The notes under the pieces: model-generated | The model's database searches: none | What the model was told of the DNA's origin: nothing | What the model saw: only the letters and a program-made list of their open reading frames with translations | Shown here: in pieces, positions 1-8,973 of the stretch | Layout: each line of letters starts with the position of its first letter | Numbering within the stretch: the stretch's first letter is position 1 | Translations under genes and position numbers: made by a program | Assembly (NCBI GenBank): GCA_027064945.1 | Contig: JAMOPB010000418.1 | Span: 1 to 35,301 of the forward strand | Reading direction: 5' to 3' | DNA from: Candidatus Cloacimonadota bacterium | GTDB lineage: Bacteria > Cloacimonadota > Cloacimonadia > Cloacimonadales > TCS61 | Length of the DNA stretch: 35,301 nucleotides

Positions 1-357
1 GCAGGAAATGAGAAAATCTTATTAACAGAGCGCGGAACAAGTTTCGGCTATCATAATTTAATAGTAGATTTTAGAGGATTTGAAATAATGAGCTCAAGCG
101 GATTCCCTGTGATTTATGATGTTACACACAGTTTACAGCAACCAAGTGTAGGAAAGATCAGCGGTGGAACACCTCAATATGTTCCGATGATGGCAAGAGC
201 AGCAATGGCAACCGGCAGAGTAAATGGCTTTTTTATCGAAACCCATCCCGAACCTGAAAGAGGTTTGTCTGATGCCAAAACAATGTTTGCATTAGATAAA
301 ATTCCTCAATTATTAGATGAATTATTAGCAATAAATAATGTACTGAAAGGAAAATAA
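1..357 (+). CDS. kdsA: KDO-8-phosphate synthase, 5'-truncated by the window edge
   Basis: Frame 1 is open from base 1: AGNEKILLTERGTSFGYHNLIVDFRG...PVIYDVTHSLQQP...GFFIETHPEPERGLSD. These are KdsA motifs, and kdsC follows directly. Confidence 0.95.
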   Translation, partial: AGNEKILLTERGTSFGYHNLIVDFRGFEIMSSSGFPVIYDVTHSLQQPSVGKISGGTPQYVPMMARAAMATGRVNGFFIETHPEPERGLSDAKTMFALDKIPQLLDELLAINNVLKGK

Positions 358-358
358 T

Positions 359-880
359 ATGGCTTATGAAAAGATAAAATTATTGGTTTTGGATTGTGAC
401 GGAGTGCTATCTGACGGCCAGATTGTGTATGATTCCAATGGTGCGGAAGCAAAGAGCTTTTCAGCTCGTGATGGACTAGGAATAAAGCTTCTTAGTTTTG
501 CAGATATCAAAGTTGCCGTTGTTACAGGCAGAGAATCTGAAATGTTAACTCGACGTTGCCAAGATTTGGGAATTGAAATTTTACATCAAAAAGTTAGAAA
601 TAAATTAAGTGTTGTTACTAAGATAATGGAAGATTTAGCTTTATCTTGGGAAAATGTTGCATATATGGGAGATGATTGGAATGATTATCCAGTTTTGGAA
701 AAAGTTGCACTAAGTTCTTGTCCTAATAATGTAACGGAAGATTTTAAGCAGAAATTAGATTTTGTAGCTTCTCATAATGGTGGAGATGGTGCAGTTCGAG
801 ATTTAATAACTTTTATTTTAAAAGAGAAAGGAATTTATGAAGAAGTTATCGATGCTTTTATGGGCTATCTGGCTAAGTAG
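359..880 (+). CDS. kdsC: KDO-8-phosphate phosphatase (HAD family, YrbI/KdsC)
   Basis: Motifs LDCDGVLSDG, RDGLGI, VTGR, YMGDDWND and GGDGAVRD. Lies between kdsA and lptC. Confidence 0.93.
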   Translation: MAYEKIKLLVLDCDGVLSDGQIVYDSNGAEAKSFSARDGLGIKLLSFADIKVAVVTGRESEMLTRRCQDLGIEILHQKVRNKLSVVTKIMEDLALSWENVAYMGDDWNDYPVLEKVALSSCPNNVTEDFKQKLDFVASHNGGDGAVRDLITFILKEKGIYEEVIDAFMGYLAK

Positions 881-1385
881 TTTTCTTGTTTTAGGATGTT
901 CGAAAGAACAAAAAACAATTTATTCTCCTGTTGATGGGAATATTCCTGACCAAGAGTCTAGAAATATTATAATAACCTCAACTAAAGGGAAATTATTGGA
1001 ATATAAACTTAAAGCTAATTATATGCAAAAATTCGATAATAAAAATCTTACTATTGCAGATACTGTGGAAATTACTGCCTATAATAAAAAAGGTGAAATT
1101 CAGACGATTTTAACTTGTGATAAAGCGGAATTGAACGATATGAATAATACATTTATCGGCATAGGTAATGTAGTTGTAACTACCGAAAATGCAATTCTAA
1201 AAACAGAATATTTGAATTGGGATAGAAATACAAATCAATTTTATGCAAAAAATGGTGTTGAAATTCTGCGAGATAATAATGTAATGTATGGCGAAGAGAT
1301 GCGGAGTGATGAGAAAATGACAAAAATTGAAATCACAAAAGTATCAGCTGAAGGAAAATTGAGTGAAGAAAATATTGATTGGTAG
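837..1385 (+). CDS. lptC: LPS export protein LptC-like
   Basis: N-terminal hydrophobic segment ending FLVLG-C, beta-jellyroll-type repeats (GNVVV, LKTEYLNWD), canonical position after kdsC. Confidence 0.8.
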   Translation: MKKLSMLLWAIWLSSFLVLGCSKEQKTIYSPVDGNIPDQESRNIIITSTKGKLLEYKLKANYMQKFDNKNLTIADTVEITAYNKKGEIQTILTCDKAELNDMNNTFIGIGNVVVTTENAILKTEYLNWDRNTNQFYAKNGVEILRDNNVMYGEEMRSDEKMTKIEITKVSAEGKLSEENIDW

Positions 1386-2421
1386 TATTTTGCTAATAAT
1401 AGTTGCTCTGGGAGCAGCTGAATTACGTCCTTATAGATTGATAAATGCTGATCTCGGAACAGCTTCTGAAATTGCCGGTGAAAGAGTTGTAGAACTTGAT
1501 GGCAATGTCCATTTTTTCTATGGTGAAACTGAATTTTTTTCTGATCGTGCAAAATTATTTGAATCTTCCAAACGAACTGTTTTGGAAGGAAATGTATTGG
1601 TTTTGGAAGATACACTTTCACTTAAAGCTAATCGAGTTGAATATTTCAGGATAGAAGAAATGTTACAACTTCGCGGAGATGTATTCGCCAAAGAAACGCA
1701 TTATGACAATACGTATAGCTCTTTTGCCGCTGATAGCGTGGACTATTTTAGAAATGATTCTATTTTGGATGCTTGGAGTAATGTGAAAGTTTATGATCAA
1801 CGTGAAAAAGCAAATGGGATTTGTGGAAAATTGCATTATGAGCTGAATAATGGCTATGGTTATCTTTTGCAAAGACCTAGTATAACAGTTAATGATTCGC
1901 TTAAAATTTCCGCTGAAAAAATCGAATATCATCAGGAATTTTCTAAAATCACCGCTAATTTCGATGTTGTTACAGAATCACCCGATTTTACGATTACAAG
2001 TGATTTCTTGCTTTATTTTAATCTTGAACAGAAAGCTATTTTTCTTGGCGATCCTAAATTTGACAGTGATTTTGCTGATGCAAAAGCTGTGGAAATGCAT
2101 CTTTATTTTGAAAATGAAGAGCTTTCAAAAGCTGAATTATCCGAAGATTGTTTAGTTAATTTTGCTATTAAAGAAGGTGAAGAACGATCAAATTGGATTA
2201 AAGCAAAAGAGATGATTTTTGATTTTCTTGATGGAGAGATTACCTTTTGTGAAGCTACAGGAAGTGTTACAAGTTTTTATAATCAGGAAAAAAGTAAAAG
2301 AAGAGATTATCTTGTAAATAAAGCCTCAGCTCAGAAATTGAAGATTACTTTTCTCGATCATGAAGTTGATGAAATTTTTTTAGAAAATGATATTGACGGA
2401 GTGTATAAATTCATTAAATAA
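1363..2421 (+). CDS. LptA/OstA-like periplasmic beta-jellyroll protein, long form (352 aa)
   Basis: Signal peptide, repeated OstA-like strands (LDGNVHF, LEGNVLV, LRGDVFA, ATGSV), position between lptC and lptB. Confidence 0.75.
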   Translation: MKKILIGSILLIIVALGAAELRPYRLINADLGTASEIAGERVVELDGNVHFFYGETEFFSDRAKLFESSKRTVLEGNVLVLEDTLSLKANRVEYFRIEEMLQLRGDVFAKETHYDNTYSSFAADSVDYFRNDSILDAWSNVKVYDQREKANGICGKLHYELNNGYGYLLQRPSITVNDSLKISAEKIEYHQEFSKITANFDVVTESPDFTITSDFLLYFNLEQKAIFLGDPKFDSDFADAKAVEMHLYFENEELSKAELSEDCLVNFAIKEGEERSNWIKAKEMIFDFLDGEITFCEATGSVTSFYNQEKSKRRDYLVNKASAQKLKITFLDHEVDEIFLENDIDGVYKFIK

Positions 2422-2571
2422 TCTTTAAGGATTTTCATCTAAAATAATTTATAATTGTTTGATGACACTAAATAAATGATTCTGCTTTACTTATAAAGAG
2501 TTAGATAGTGATTATGTATGCAGAAATTATTCCATACGGGTACTATATTATTTTATATAAAGAACATTCGC

Positions 2572-2600
2572 TTGACAAATAAATTTTGAAAACCAAAAAT
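2572..2600 (+). promoter_or_regulatory. Putative sigma70 promoter of the lptB-rpoN unit
   Basis: Perfect TTGACA at 2572-2577, 17-nt spacer, weak -10 AAAAAT at 2595-2600. Confidence 0.45.
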
Positions 2601-2609
2601 ACAACTGTT

Positions 2610-3350
2610 ATGAATAAATTAGAAATAAAAAAACTCGTGAAAATATATGGCAAAAGACGAGTAGTAAATGAAGTAAGCCTCAATATAAATCAAGGTGAAG
2701 TAGTAGGCATTTTGGGACCAAATGGTGCCGGGAAATCTACTACCTTTTACATGATATTGGGATTAATAAAACCAAATTTCGGGCAGGTTTTGGCAAATGG
2801 AAAGGATATTACCAAACTTCCAATGTATAAACGTGCACAATTGGGCATTGGCTATTTAGCACAGGAACCATCAATTTTTCATAAACTAACTGTTGAACAA
2901 AATATCATGGCAATCTTAGAAACTCTTAAGATTTCCAAGGTGGAACGTAAACGTCGATTGGAAGAAGCATTGGACGAACTAAACCTTACTAAATTAGCTA
3001 AACAAAAAGCTTACACTCTTTCCGGTGGAGAAAGAAGAAAATTAGAGATTACCAGATCACTTGTTACTTCTCCGTCATTTTTGCTAATGGATGAGCCGTT
3101 TGCAGGAGTAGATCCTCTTGCTGTAGCAGATATCCAAGACATTATTATAAAATTAAAAAGTAGAGGAATCGGGATATTGATAACTGACCATAACGTGGCA
3201 GAAACTCTTAATATCACTGACCGTGCTTATATAATTTTTAATGGGAAAATACTATTTTCCGGAACAGCAAAAGAACTGGTTAATAATAAAAAAGCCAGAG
3301 AAGTATATTTAGGAGATAGATTTATTCATCCTTTGGGAGAAACTGAATGA
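2610..3350 (+). CDS. lptB: LPS export ABC transporter ATP-binding protein
   Basis: Walker A GPNGAGKST, GYLAQEPSIF, signature LSGGERR, MDEPFAGVDP, ITDHNV, VYLG. ATG 2610 preferred over TTG 2586, which lies inside the putative promoter. Confidence 0.96.
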   Translation: MNKLEIKKLVKIYGKRRVVNEVSLNINQGEVVGILGPNGAGKSTTFYMILGLIKPNFGQVLANGKDITKLPMYKRAQLGIGYLAQEPSIFHKLTVEQNIMAILETLKISKVERKRRLEEALDELNLTKLAKQKAYTLSGGERRKLEITRSLVTSPSFLLMDEPFAGVDPLAVADIQDIIIKLKSRGIGILITDHNVAETLNITDRAYIIFNGKILFSGTAKELVNNKKAREVYLGDRFIHPLGETE

Positions 3351-4783
3351 GTGGCTACAAACAAACACTAAATACTAAACAAACCCAGAAAATGGTATTA
3401 AAACCAAAGATGTTACAATCTTTGAAATTATTGACTATGCCATTGATGGAGTTGGAAACTCAAATTAAGCAAGAAGTGATTGAAAATCCGATGTTAGAGA
3501 TTTTTGATTACGATAATGAAGAAGATTCCGATCAAAAGGAATTGGAAAAAAAAGAGAAAGAAGAAAAAATCGATGAAGACTTAAAGAAAACTTTGGAGGA
3601 AACGGAACAATTAAGCGAAATTTTAGATTCTTACAATGAATTATATCGTGAAAATACAGGAAGACAAGTGAAACAAGAACGTGCTGAAATGCAAGATTAC
3701 ATTGCCAGCAATATAAATAAAAAGGAGTATTTTTTTCAACAGCTTGATGATTTGCATCTTGATGAAAATGAATATGATTTTGCTTATGATTTAATTGAAT
3801 CATGCAATGTTTACGGCTTCCTTCCTGAGGATTTCTCGATAGAAGATTTAGCAATGGATTATGGTATATTTGATAATAGATCGCATCAGATTCATGAAGA
3901 AATCTTACTTTTTGAACCTGCCGGAATAACTGCCAGAAGTATCGAAGAATGCTTACTGGCTCAGATAGAACCTAATCAACAAAATAAACTCTTACGTGAT
4001 GTCGTTGAAAATAGTTTTGATGACATTATTCATAAACGTTACTCTAAAATTGCCAAAAAGCACAAAGTAACAGAGTATGCAATATTAAATATCAAAGATG
4101 AAATTGCTCATCTTGATCCTAAACCGGGACTACGGATAATAAATAATGACGACAAATATATTGTTCCGGATGTAATAATAAAAAAAATAGCAGGTAAATA
4201 TGAAATAATTGTTAATGATTTTTCTTTTCCAAGAATTAGAATAAATAGAAGATATAAGCAGATTTTACGTGATGTAAAAGATAAAAAAGAATCTTTGGCT
4301 TATGTTAGAGATAAAGTAAATTCAGCTAGGTTCTTGATCAAATCGGTTTATCTTCGAGGACGAACTTTAGAAAGAGTAACTGAAGCGATTATTCGTAATC
4401 AAATGGATTTTTTCTATAAGGAAAATGGCACGTTACGACCACTTACATATTCTGTAATTGCTGATGAGCTTCAAGTTAATGAATCTACTATTTCCAGAGT
4501 TGTAAGAAGAAAGTACGCTGATACCCCTTTTGGTATAATGAACCTAAAAGAATTTTTTACTAGCAAAGCAGGTAAAGATGATAATTTTGAATCCGTATCA
4601 CGCCAAAGTGTGGAAAAAAGAATTTTTAGTCTAATTGAAAAGGAAGATAAAGCTCATCCGTTAAGCGATAGTGAGATTGCTGAGATTATTCAAAAAGATG
4701 GAGTAACAGTTTCACGTCGCGTTGTGGCAAAATATAGAAATGCTAACGGGATATTGAATAGTCATTTAAGGAGAAATAGATGA
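3347..4783 (+). CDS. rpoN: RNA polymerase sigma-54 factor
   Basis: Gln/Leu-rich region I, ENPMLE, PKPG, YIVPDV, HTH IADELQVNESTISR, PLSD, RpoN box SRRVVAKYR. ATGA overlap with lptB. Confidence 0.96.
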   Translation: MSGYKQTLNTKQTQKMVLKPKMLQSLKLLTMPLMELETQIKQEVIENPMLEIFDYDNEEDSDQKELEKKEKEEKIDEDLKKTLEETEQLSEILDSYNELYRENTGRQVKQERAEMQDYIASNINKKEYFFQQLDDLHLDENEYDFAYDLIESCNVYGFLPEDFSIEDLAMDYGIFDNRSHQIHEEILLFEPAGITARSIEECLLAQIEPNQQNKLLRDVVENSFDDIIHKRYSKIAKKHKVTEYAILNIKDEIAHLDPKPGLRIINNDDKYIVPDVIIKKIAGKYEIIVNDFSFPRIRINRRYKQILRDVKDKKESLAYVRDKVNSARFLIKSVYLRGRTLERVTEAIIRNQMDFFYKENGTLRPLTYSVIADELQVNESTISRVVRRKYADTPFGIMNLKEFFTSKAGKDDNFESVSRQSVEKRIFSLIEKEDKAHPLSDSEIAEIIQKDGVTVSRRVVAKYRNANGILNSHLRRNR

Positions 4784-6174
4784 AAAAATTTGATGTAGCA
4801 ATTATTGGTGGCGGACCTGGTGGTTATGTTACAGCTATTCGCCTGAAACAGTATGGCATTAATGCTGTGGTATTCGAAAAAGAAAGATTGGGTGGAGTAT
4901 GCTTGAACTGGGGTTGTATTCCTACAAAATCTTTAGTGAAAGTGGCAGAATTGTATCATGAGATGGAGATAGCAGAAGATTTTGGTATAAGTGTTGGCAA
5001 TGTTGCTTTAGATTATGAAAAAGTTTGGGAAAGGAAAAATAATATTGTTGAACAATTAGTTGGTGGAATCGAGTTTATCTTTGAAAAAAGAGCAATACCT
5101 TGTATCAAAGAAAAAGTTACAAAAATAGAAAAAAATAATGATTTCACAATATATACCGAAAGTGAAAAATATACAGCAACTTATGTTATTTTGGCAACCG
5201 GTTCTAAGCCAAAAGAACTACCGTTTATGAAATTTGATGGTGACAAAATACTATCTTCACGCGATATTTTAAGTATGAAAGAGTTGCCGAAAAGTTTGGC
5301 AATTATTGGCGGTGGCGTAATCGGTTGTGAATTTGCCACAATTTACAAACAAATGGGTGTAGATGTTCAAATTATTGAATTTCTTCCAAATTTAATAAGT
5401 ACGGAAGATGCTGAGATTTCTAAGAAATTGGCTTCAAAGCTGAAGCGAAATAAAATTAAATTACACATGAAGAAAGCAGTAGAATCTTATCGAGTAGAAG
5501 ATGGAAAGATTGTGCTAAAACTTTCAAAAGGTAAAGAGGTAATGGCAGAGAAAGTGCTTGTTAGCGTTGGTCGTGTTCCTGTTTGTGATATCGAATTTGT
5601 AGGCTTTGAACCTGAAACAGAAAGAGGTATGATGCAAATAGATGATAAAATGCAAACAAATGTTGAAAATCTCTTTGCTATTGGTGACATTACAGGAAAA
5701 CTTATGCTGGCTCATACAGCAAGTAAGCAGGGACTGATAGTTGCCGATATTTTAAATAATAAAATAAATAATACCTCAATTCCAATTCAAAAGCTTGATT
5801 ATAAAAAAATACCTGCTTGTATTTTTACAAATCCTGAAGTAGCAAGTGTTGGTTATAATGAAGAAGACGCAAAGGAAAAATTTGGAGAAATCTTAGTAGG
5901 TAAATTCCCCTTTTCAGCTAACGGCAATGCTATGGGAAAAGGCGATACTTATGGCTTGGTAAAAGTAATTGCCAGCGGAAAAAATCATAAAATCTTAGGT
6001 ATTCATATTATAGGATTACAAGCTACAGAATTGATAGCTCAAGCTGCTGCCATGATCGGTCTGAATGCAGGTATTGATGATGTGAAAAATATTATTTTTG
6101 CTCATCCTACACTATCTGAAACCGTTATGGAAGCAATTGAAGATGTGGAAAACTTAGCTGTTCATAAATTATAG
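4780..6174 (+). CDS. lpdA: Dihydrolipoamide dehydrogenase
   Basis: FAD motif GGGPGG, redox disulfide GGVCLNWGCIPTK, NAD motif GGGVIG, MLAH, C-terminal HPTLSE. ATGA overlap with rpoN. Confidence 0.95.
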   Translation: MKKFDVAIIGGGPGGYVTAIRLKQYGINAVVFEKERLGGVCLNWGCIPTKSLVKVAELYHEMEIAEDFGISVGNVALDYEKVWERKNNIVEQLVGGIEFIFEKRAIPCIKEKVTKIEKNNDFTIYTESEKYTATYVILATGSKPKELPFMKFDGDKILSSRDILSMKELPKSLAIIGGGVIGCEFATIYKQMGVDVQIIEFLPNLISTEDAEISKKLASKLKRNKIKLHMKKAVESYRVEDGKIVLKLSKGKEVMAEKVLVSVGRVPVCDIEFVGFEPETERGMMQIDDKMQTNVENLFAIGDITGKLMLAHTASKQGLIVADILNNKINNTSIPIQKLDYKKIPACIFTNPEVASVGYNEEDAKEKFGEILVGKFPFSANGNAMGKGDTYGLVKVIASGKNHKILGIHIIGLQATELIAQAAAMIGLNAGIDDVKNIIFAHPTLSETVMEAIEDVENLAVHKL

Positions 6175-6186
6175 GTAAATTTTATA

Positions 6187-7083
6187 ATGGAAAATAAAAA
6201 AAATAGTAGCTATTTAAGAAAACCTAAATGGTTAAAATCTGACAAAGTTGGTTCTAAGAAAAGTAGCGAATTAGCGAAAAAATTACGTAAATATAATTTG
6301 GTAACTGTTTGCGAAGATGCAAAATGCCCTAATCGAGGCGAGTGTTTTGAAAAAGGGACAGCTACATTTATGATCTTAGGTGAAGTTTGTACTAGGAATT
6401 GTAGGTTCTGTGCTGTTCAAAAAACAGCAGGGGAATTACCACCTCCCGATGTTGATGAGCCTAAGGCAATTGCACAATTATCTAAAGAATTAAATTTACG
6501 TCATATTGTGGTTACTACTGTAACTAGAGATGATCTACCTGACGGTGGAGCAACTCAATTTATTAATGTAGTAAAAGAGATAAGAAAAACTTGTAACAAA
6601 GATGTAACAATTGAGTTGTTAATATCAGATTTAAAAGGTGACATGGAGCAGGTGAAAAGAATTGTGGAATCTGCTCCGGATGTCTTGAACCATAATGTCG
6701 AGACTGTGGAAAGATTGTATCCGAAGGTTAGACCAATGGCAGATCTTGAACAGTCGCTTCAGGTACTTCGTAAAGCTAAAAAAGTGGATCCGAATATTTT
6801 AACTAAAAGTGGATTCATGGTTGGCTTGGGAGAGAATAAATCAGAAGTGCTAACTCTAATGAAAAAACTACGTGATGCAGATGTTGATATTGTCACTATA
6901 GGACAATATATGCAACCATCAAAAAAGCATTATCCTGTTGCAGAATATGTAACTCCGGAACAATTTGAAGAATATAGGAAAATTGGTCTGGAAATGGGAT
7001 TTTCTTTGGTAGAATCTGCACCATTAGTTAGAAGTTCATATAATGCAGAGTTAGCAAGAGACATTCTAAAGAAAAGGAGATAG
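6187..7083 (+). CDS. lipA: Lipoyl synthase (radical SAM)
   Basis: RKPKWL, CX4CX5C (CEDAKCPNRGEC), CX3CX2C (CTRNCRFC), RDDLPDGG, NHNVETV, GQYMQP, VRSSY. Confidence 0.97.
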   Translation: MENKKNSSYLRKPKWLKSDKVGSKKSSELAKKLRKYNLVTVCEDAKCPNRGECFEKGTATFMILGEVCTRNCRFCAVQKTAGELPPPDVDEPKAIAQLSKELNLRHIVVTTVTRDDLPDGGATQFINVVKEIRKTCNKDVTIELLISDLKGDMEQVKRIVESAPDVLNHNVETVERLYPKVRPMADLEQSLQVLRKAKKVDPNILTKSGFMVGLGENKSEVLTLMKKLRDADVDIVTIGQYMQPSKKHYPVAEYVTPEQFEEYRKIGLEMGFSLVESAPLVRSSYNAELARDILKKRR

Positions 7084-7085
7084 TT

Positions 7086-7610
7086 ATGCAAATTACAATC
7101 ACTGCCCGTCATTTCGATTTGACAGACGCAATTAGAGACCACATTGAAAGTGAATTGGAGAGACTTGAGAGATACTTTGATCATATCATTAGCGCTCAAT
7201 TCATTTTGAAGTTGGAAAAAGATCGAAATTATGCTGAAGTAATTCTGCACGTACCCAAAAACGATTTAAAAACAGAAGCCGTAGATGATAACATGTATCT
7301 CGCTATCGATGACGCTATTGAAAAAGTTGAAAAACAGATAAAAAAATTGAAAGGTAAATGGGATGATCATAAGAAGAAAAGTTTAAAAGAAAGTGCAAAT
7401 TATGTTTATGCCAACCTATATAAAGAAGGTGAAAAATCAGAACGTATTTCTACAAAAAGAATTATAGCCGAAGCTTTTACTGTTGATGAAGCTCTTAGTC
7501 AGTTCAAGTTAACCAGCGATCCGTATTTTATCTTTAAGAACATAGAAACAGATAGAATCAATGTTCTAGTGAAAAAAGATGAACAACATTTCAAATTGTT
7601 GGAACCTTAA
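7086..7610 (+). CDS. hpf: Ribosome hibernation promoting factor, long form
   Basis: S30AE N-domain (ITARHFDLTDAIRDH...NMYLAIDDAIEKVEKQIKK) plus a C-terminal dimerisation-type domain (TVDEAL...YFIFKNIETDRINVLVKK...LLEP). Confidence 0.9.
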   Translation: MQITITARHFDLTDAIRDHIESELERLERYFDHIISAQFILKLEKDRNYAEVILHVPKNDLKTEAVDDNMYLAIDDAIEKVEKQIKKLKGKWDDHKKKSLKESANYVYANLYKEGEKSERISTKRIIAEAFTVDEALSQFKLTSDPYFIFKNIETDRINVLVKKDEQHFKLLEP

Positions 7611-7637
7611 TAGGCAAAATTTAACTAAAATTTAAGT

Positions 7638-7689
7638 GGCGAATATAACATGTGGGCTTGCTGAAGCAAGTCCACAATTCGCCTGTTAT
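7638..7689 (+). other. Intergenic stem-loop between hpf and hprK, without a U-tract
   Basis: TGTGGGCTTGC-TGAA-GCAAGTCCACA (7651-7676), extendable by GGCGAAT/ATTCGCC or by ATAACA/TGTTAT. Confidence 0.7.
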
Positions 7690-7715
7690 CTCAAACTAAT
7701 TATAAAAGGAATTTT

Positions 7716-8666
7716 ATGAATCTATCTTTAAAAGAATTTTTTGAAATAAAACAAGAAGAATTATCGTTAAGCCTTGTTACTAATCCTGAAACATTAAATA
7801 ATGAAATTATAAGCAGGCATATTAATCGGCCTAGTTTAGCGCTTACCGGATTTTTTGAAAGGTTTTCCTACAAAAGAATTCAAATTTTAGGTGAAACCGA
7901 AATTGGTTATATGCAATCATTAAGTGATGAATTATTATATGATAGATTAAAAGAGATGCTCATCTACGATATTCCTTGCTTGATTATTACAAAAGGTTTA
8001 TCTGCACCGAAACAATTAGAATTCCTAGCAAATGAGATGAAAATTGCGGTATTAAAAACGTCTCAAACTACTGATAGGTTTTCACATAATCTTAGACGTT
8101 TTCTTGATGATTATTTTGCACCTTCACGAACATTACATGGAACAATGATAGACGTGTTTGGTGTGGGGATTTTATTAACAGGTAAAAGTGGAATTGGTAA
8201 AAGTGAATGTGCTTTGGATTTAGTAGAGCGTGGTCATAAAGTTATTACTGATGATGCTGTAAAAATTAAATTAAACGATGACAAACTAATAGCAATGCCA
8301 ACAAATGATTTCGGTCATTTTATGGAAATTCGTGGAGTTGGTTTGATCGATGTGGAAAAAATGTTTGGTATTCAGGCTGTAGGGCTTGAAAAACAAATAG
8401 ATATTCAATTGGAACTAATGCCGTGGCAAGATAATATGGATTATGAAAGAATTGGGCTTTCTGATAATTATGTGGAAATATTAGGAGAGAAAAGACCTAT
8501 TATTTATCTTCCAGTTTCACCTGGTAAAAATGTTTCAGTTATAATTGAAGTAGTTGCAATGAATTATATCCTAAAAACTTTCGGATATGAAGCTGCCAAA
8601 GTATATACAAATAAATTGCAAGAGAAATTAAGAGAAAAATCAGAAAGAAGAAAGCGTAAATTATAG
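7716..8666 (+). CDS. hprK: HPr(Ser) kinase/phosphorylase
   Basis: INRPSLALTG, RIQILGETE, LHGTMIDVFGVGILLTGKSGIGKSECALDLVERGH, TDD, EIRGVGLID, PVSPGKN. Confidence 0.96.
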   Translation: MNLSLKEFFEIKQEELSLSLVTNPETLNNEIISRHINRPSLALTGFFERFSYKRIQILGETEIGYMQSLSDELLYDRLKEMLIYDIPCLIITKGLSAPKQLEFLANEMKIAVLKTSQTTDRFSHNLRRFLDDYFAPSRTLHGTMIDVFGVGILLTGKSGIGKSECALDLVERGHKVITDDAVKIKLNDDKLIAMPTNDFGHFMEIRGVGLIDVEKMFGIQAVGLEKQIDIQLELMPWQDNMDYERIGLSDNYVEILGEKRPIIYLPVSPGKNVSVIIEVVAMNYILKTFGYEAAKVYTNKLQEKLREKSERRKRKL

Positions 8667-8696
8667 CAAATAGGAGAGGAGAAATCCTAAATTAAT

Positions 8697-8963
8697 ATGA
8701 TAAGAAAAAAAATAAAAATCGAAAATAAGTTAGGCTTGCATGCACGACCAGCAACTATGATAGTAAAGACAGCAACACAATATCGTTCAGATTGCCGACT
8801 AATAAAAGATGATATGGATATTAACGGCAAAAGTATTATGGGCGTAATGATGCTTGCTGCCGAATATGGAAGTGAAATAGAATTGGTAACTGATGGGATC
8901 GATGAAGAACATTTGATGAATGAATTGGTTAATCTTTTTAAAAGCAAATTTAATGAAGAATAG
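8697..8963 (+). CDS. ptsH: Phosphocarrier protein HPr
   Basis: NKLGLHARPA (His15) and NGKSIMGVMML (Ser46). GGAG-rich ribosome-binding region upstream. Confidence 0.96.
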   Translation: MIRKKIKIENKLGLHARPATMIVKTATQYRSDCRLIKDDMDINGKSIMGVMMLAAEYGSEIELVTDGIDEEHLMNELVNLFKSKFNEE

Positions 8964-8973
8964 ATAGGATATT

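Noticed and set aside
2531-2558. dif-like site (TTATTTTATAT resembles the XerD arm)
   Set aside because: The left arm does not resemble a XerC arm, and the match is expected by chance in AT-rich DNA.
7611-7660. Sigma54 -24/-12 promoter near TGGC/AGGC after hpf
   Set aside because: No GC at the required -12 spacing.
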